DNA from: an uncultured Chloroflexia bacterium
GTDB taxonomy: Bacteria > Chloroflexota > Anaerolineae > Anaerolineales > Anaerolineaceae
Direction of reading: 5' to 3'
DNA: 64,000 nt
Assembly (NCBI GenBank): GCA_963748065.1
Contig: CAVVHL010000015.1
Coordinates: forward strand, 422 to 64,421
Numbering within the stretch: the first letter of the stretch is position 1; every line of letters starts with the position of its first letter. Made by a program: the position numbers and the translations under genes. A model generated the notes under the pieces. It was not told the DNA's origin and searched no databases. It worked only from the letters and a program-made list of their open reading frames with translations. This document shows positions 60,354 through 64,000 of this stretch, one piece after another.

Positions 60354-61325
60354 TTATTTCTTTTGGTTTAGTACTTCTGGGTTTGCACAATAGAGCGGGG
60401 CTTCACCTTTGAGGACTTTCAGCACATCCTCAACGACCATCATGCCCATTCGCCGGCGGCCCTGATCGGTGAAGCTCGCCAGGTGCGGCGTCAAGACAAC
60501 ATTGTCCAATTCAAATAACGGGTTGTCATCCGATGGTGGTTCAGGGTCATAAACATCAATCCCTGCGCCGGCGATCACGCCATTCTGAAGCGCATCAATC
60601 AGCGCCGCCTCATCAACGACAGGACCGCGTGAGCAGTTAATTAAAATTCCTTCAGGGCCAAGCGCAGCGAGGACTTGCGCATTGATCAATTTGTGTGTAC
60701 TTTCGATGAAAGGAATATGAAGCGATACAATCTCAGATTTCTCCATCAATTCGATCAGGGTTTCACATTTCTCAGCACCTTTAGATGCTATAAATTCGGC
60801 ATTGACGAATGGATCGTAGACATAGACAGTCATATCAAATGCGGCCTTGCACATTTCAGCCAGACGCTGACCGATATGCCCAAAGCCCACAACGCCTAAT
60901 TTCGCATTGAGGAGTTCCCGTCCGACAACTTGGTCACGGATATGGAAGTTCCCTTTCCGAGTTTCACGATCGAGAAACACCACTTTCCTCGCAACTGCCA
61001 TCATTAACATCAAAGCATGTTCCGCTGTAGATTCCGTCGGACCATAGGGTGTAAAAACAACAGGGAGTTCACGGAGAGTTGCTTCGTTTACATCGACGAT
61101 GTCCAGTCCGACGCCGTGCCGACCAATGACTTCCAATTGTGTTGCGGCATCCATTTCATCCGCAAACATCTTCATTCCTGCGCAAAGAATCATCCCTTGG
61201 ATGTCAGGCAACATCTCGAGGATTTCTGCAGGCGATGAAGTGAATGGTGTCAGGACTTCCACTTCCTCAGCTAATCGGTTAAGGGCGTCTTCGTGAATGG
61301 GTTTGTTGACGAGTACTTTTTTCAC
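60354..61325 (-). CDS. D-isomer-specific 2-hydroxyacid dehydrogenase (glyoxylate/hydroxypyruvate reductase-like)
   Basis: 323 aa. 'LGVVGFGHIGQRLAEM' NAD motif. 'NCSRGPVVDE' and 'TPHLAS' catalytic Arg/Glu/His contexts. Confidence 0.85.
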   Translation of the reverse strand: MKKVLVNKPIHEDALNRLAEEVEVLTPFTSSPAEILEMLPDIQGMILCAGMKMFADEMDAATQLEVIGRHGVGLDIVDVNEATLRELPVVFTPYGPTESTAEHALMLMMAVARKVVFLDRETRKGNFHIRDQVVGRELLNAKLGVVGFGHIGQRLAEMCKAAFDMTVYVYDPFVNAEFIASKGAEKCETLIELMEKSEIVSLHIPFIESTHKLINAQVLAALGPEGILINCSRGPVVDEAALIDALQNGVIAGAGIDVYDPEPPSDDNPLFELDNVVLTPHLASFTDQGRRRMGMMVVEDVLKVLKGEAPLYCANPEVLNQKK

Positions 61326-61379
61326 AATTTACCTGCCATCTCCTTGTTGCTCAATGTTTATTGGATGAAAATATTCAGT

Positions 61380-62102
61380 TTAATTTTGTTCAAACTCTTC
61401 GATATAGGGTAAATAATTCCCAAGCGAGAATTCAATCAGCGCTTTCGTTGTCAGGTAAGCATTATCGGCATCGCGATCTCGAATGGCTTCCGCAACAGCA
61501 TGGTGCAGTAACCAGCCTTGTTCAGATAATGGCAAAACCTGGAATAATTTATCCAGGTTTGCAAAGAGTGTTTCGTTAATTTGAAAAAGGAAATTGTTAT
61601 TTGCCATATCGGCAATGTGCTTATGAAAGGCAAGGTCAAGTTCATGCAATTGATCCTGATCACTGTTTTCAAACGATCGTTTTTGTCGTTCAAGGATCTC
61701 GAATAAGTGGTTGATTTGCTCATCCGTACCGTGCTCTGCAGCCAGCCTGGACAATCCGGTTTCAATGACTCGGCGAGCTTCAAAGAACATCCTGATATCC
61801 ATTCCCCCGAGCAGCAGGCTCAACTCGATCAGTTTCTCGCCTGGATTGACCATGTGGTTCGAAACATAAGTTCCCGAGCCATGCTTCATTTCCAGAACAC
61901 CCATCGCCTGCAAGGAATACAATGCTTCTCGCAGCGAGGCCATGCTGACATCCATTTGGCTCGCCATTGCCCTTTGGGAGGGCAAACGTTCCCCGGGAGT
62001 CCAATAACCATCCCCTATCAGCTGCAAAATGTTATCGACGATTCCAGTAGTTACGTCTTTACGATGAATAGGTTGTATTTGGTTGGCTGTCATCATAGGC
62101 AC
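61380..62102 (-). CDS. GntR-family (FadR/FCD subfamily) transcriptional regulator
   Basis: 240 aa. wHTH 'GERLPSQRAMASQMDVSMASLREAL' and a helical FCD-like C-terminal domain. GTG at 62102 or ATG at 62096. Confidence 0.85.
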   Translation of the reverse strand: MPMMTANQIQPIHRKDVTTGIVDNILQLIGDGYWTPGERLPSQRAMASQMDVSMASLREALYSLQAMGVLEMKHGSGTYVSNHMVNPGEKLIELSLLLGGMDIRMFFEARRVIETGLSRLAAEHGTDEQINHLFEILERQKRSFENSDQDQLHELDLAFHKHIADMANNNFLFQINETLFANLDKLFQVLPLSEQGWLLHHAVAEAIRDRDADNAYLTTKALIEFSLGNYLPYIEEFEQN

Positions 62103-62135
62103 CGAATAAAGTCTTCATGTGTTCTGAACAATTCC

Positions 62136-62164
62136 AATATATACAGAAATTCCAATCCTGTCAA
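62136..62164 (-). promoter_or_regulatory. sigma70-like promoter for the GntR gene, overlapped by two 9-nt direct repeats
   Basis: The minus strand reads TTGACA-17 nt-TATATT (-35 at 62159-62164, -10 at 62136-62141). ATTGGAATT occurs twice (plus-strand coordinates 62130-62138 and 62148-62156). Confidence 0.55.
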
Positions 62165-62246
62165 GACTTTAACGATTTATTAATGCTGATTAACGCAAAT
62201 ACCCTTTTATTAACTTGTATTTTTTCTTAGTTAATTGACAAAAACT

Positions 62247-64000
62247 TTAGATTATTTTGCCTAATCCGCGTAAAACACGTTCCGGCGTAAGCGGAAAATC
62301 ATTGAACCAAACACCGGTCGCATCAAATAAGGCATCCGTGATCGCCGGCACCAATGGCATGAACGGCATCTCGCCCATCCCCCTTGCACCAAACGGCCCC
62401 TGGGGGTCGGGATATTCGAGAATGATTGGTACGACTTCCACAGGTACATCCAGTACGGTCGGTATCAGGTAATTTGAAAGCGTATTGGTCAAAACACGAC
62501 CTTCCTGTTGAATGAAATTTTCTAACAGCGCATATCCGGCAGCCTGAACGACGGCGCCATGCACCTGTCCCTCGACCTGCATCGGATTAATGGCTTTCCC
62601 GACATCATTCGAGCAAAAAACCTTGAGAATTCGGATTTCGCCGGTGTCCATATCCACTTCCAGATCAACCACTTCCGCGCTATAACCGTAGGTGATATTC
62701 GGCATACATTGCCCTGTGACCGGGTCGAATGTCGAAGTTTTGGGTGGATAATAGGTAAAATTTGCCTCCGCCGGCCGGTTTTCCTGACGCCATTTTTCAA
62801 GTGCATCAGTTGCCGCTCCACGAATGGCATTTCCTGCCATGAAGGTCATCCGTGACGCTGAAACACTCCCGGCATAATCGGACGTACTCGTATCGCAAAG
62901 ATCAAGTTCAACTTTATCGATTGGAATGCCCAACGCGTCGGCCGTCATCTGCTTAAAGACGGTATGCGACCCCTGCCCCACCTCTGCACCGGAATGATGA
63001 AGAACGGCTTTTTCAATTTCGCCTGCGCCGAACAGCGTCAGTCTTGCATTGCAGTATTCAGGTGCGCCAAAAGAGAACCCGACATTCTTGAAGCTGCAAG
63101 CCATCCCGCGCCCCTGCAGGACTCCGCTATCTTTATTCCGTTTTTTCTCTTTCCCAGCAACATGACCGTTAGTTGGCTGCCAATGACTTTCCTCAGCCAG
63201 TGTCTTCACAACCGGCCTGATCGTCACACCGGGTGGTAAAGGCGTTCCGACGCTCATCAGATCGCCTTCCTCGAACAAATTCTTCATCCTGAATGCCACC
63301 CGGTCCATGCCCAGCGCATCTGCCAGTTTATTGACCTGCATTTCAGAAGCGAATGTCCCTTGCGGACCGCCAAACCCCCTGAACGCGCCGGCGGGAATGT
63401 TGTTGGTATGGACAACTCTGGCATCCAGTTTCACGTTCGGAATATCATACGGACCAACGGACATTAAAGCCGCATTGCCCAGGACAGGCGTAGAGGAATA
63501 AGCGTAAGCACCCCCATCACCGGAAATATCGATTTCAGCAGCCATGATCCTGCCGTCCTTTGTGGCGCCCCATTTTGCTTTGATCGTAAATGCATGGCGT
63601 TTACCATGTCCGATGATCGATTCTTCCCGACTCCAGGTGATTTTCACCGGCCGAGAAATACCACGTTCGCGCAACTTGTGAACAGCCAAAGCCAGGACGA
63701 TCTGAATGGATACATCTTCCCTGCCGCCAAACGCCCCGCCAATGACTGGATAGATCACCCGCACCTGGTCCTCTGTCAGGCCCAGGGCATGCGCGATCTG
63801 GTGCCGGTCCTCATGATTGCACTGTCCACCGACCTGGACGGTAACGCGATCCTGGTCATCAATAAATGCCAAGCCGGCTTCCGGCTGCAGGTAAGCATGT
63901 TCCTGAGCCGGGGTATGATATTCGCCTTCTACGATGACATCGCAATCATCAAACCCCTCTTCCACATCGCCATGTCTGATGTGATACTCGCGAAAAACGT
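62247..64000 (-). CDS. xanthine-dehydrogenase-family molybdopterin-binding subunit (partial; N-terminus beyond the window edge)
   Basis: 'IGGAFGGREDVS' MoCo block and a long conserved C-terminal dimerisation region. The frame stays open to position 64000 upstream of the listed Met. Confidence 0.8.
   Translation of the reverse strand, partial: VFREYHIRHGDVEEGFDDCDVIVEGEYHTPAQEHAYLQPEAGLAFIDDQDRVTVQVGGQCNHEDRHQIAHALGLTEDQVRVIYPVIGGAFGGREDVSIQIVLALAVHKLRERGISRPVKITWSREESIIGHGKRHAFTIKAKWGATKDGRIMAAEIDISGDGGAYAYSSTPVLGNAALMSVGPYDIPNVKLDARVVHTNNIPAGAFRGFGGPQGTFASEMQVNKLADALGMDRVAFRMKNLFEEGDLMSVGTPLPPGVTIRPVVKTLAEESHWQPTNGHVAGKEKKRNKDSGVLQGRGMACSFKNVGFSFGAPEYCNARLTLFGAGEIEKAVLHHSGAEVGQGSHTVFKQMTADALGIPIDKVELDLCDTSTSDYAGSVSASRMTFMAGNAIRGAATDALEKWRQENRPAEANFTYYPPKTSTFDPVTGQCMPNITYGYSAEVVDLEVDMDTGEIRILKVFCSNDVGKAINPMQVEGQVHGAVVQAAGYALLENFIQQEGRVLTNTLSNYLIPTVLDVPVEVVPIILEYPDPQGPFGARGMGEMPFMPLVPAITDALFDATGVWFNDFPLTPERVLRGLGKII

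Overview
This is a 64-kb bacterial chromosomal segment with one tRNA gene (Gly-CCC) and no rRNA or CRISPR. The lipoproteins carry long Thr/Pro/Glu linkers, ApgM is archaeal-type, pyrD/pyrK are class 1B, and the intergenic blocks are very AT-rich. These traits suggest an uncultured monoderm-like lineage, possibly Chloroflexota/Anaerolineae-like, but that is a guess I cannot prove from the sequence.

Layout:
(1) 0.1-3.4 kb: a radical-SAM enzyme, a CN-hydrolase and apgM.
(2) 3.6-14.2 kb: three secreted proteins built from shared Cys-bracketed modules. One is intact (3641..5029), one is decayed (6367..7741), and one is a roughly 1685-aa giant ending in a TolB-like propeller (9127..14184). The first two each end in the same 41-aa tail (PDVAAGGMGPS, then a TM helix, then a basic end). 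Each is followed by a stem-loop and a paralogous lipoprotein of unknown family with invariant His/Cys/Arg.
(3) 14.5-27.3 kb: core genes. These are a HIBADH-like dehydrogenase, an orphan ATPase, a NarL-type two-component pair, a Dpp/Opp-type ABC importer, pyrD-pyrK and tRNA-Gly.
(4) 27.3-37.6 kb: an accessory patch with transposase relics. It holds a beta-helix adhesin-like protein with 4 x 261-bp repeats, a PAS-PAS-HD-GYP protein, a lipoprotein, a membrane protein and an MFS transporter.
(5) 37.7-64 kb: a 21-gene cluster, all on the minus strand. It combines a BMP-type ABC importer and sugar-acid-type enzymes with two molybdenum hydroxylases, four tandem amidohydrolases, an MlrC-like peptidase and a YgeW/AOTCase-like carbamoyltransferase.

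At least 24 single-base frame breaks interrupt otherwise conserved genes. Most look like homopolymer-type errors. For those genes I give the coordinates of the reconstructed reading frame.

The best candidates for new biology are the duplicated tail-tagged-protein plus lipoprotein cassette (a possible dedicated surface-sorting system) and the nucleoside/N-heterocycle catabolic cluster.

All family calls come from motifs I read in the translations. No database search was run.
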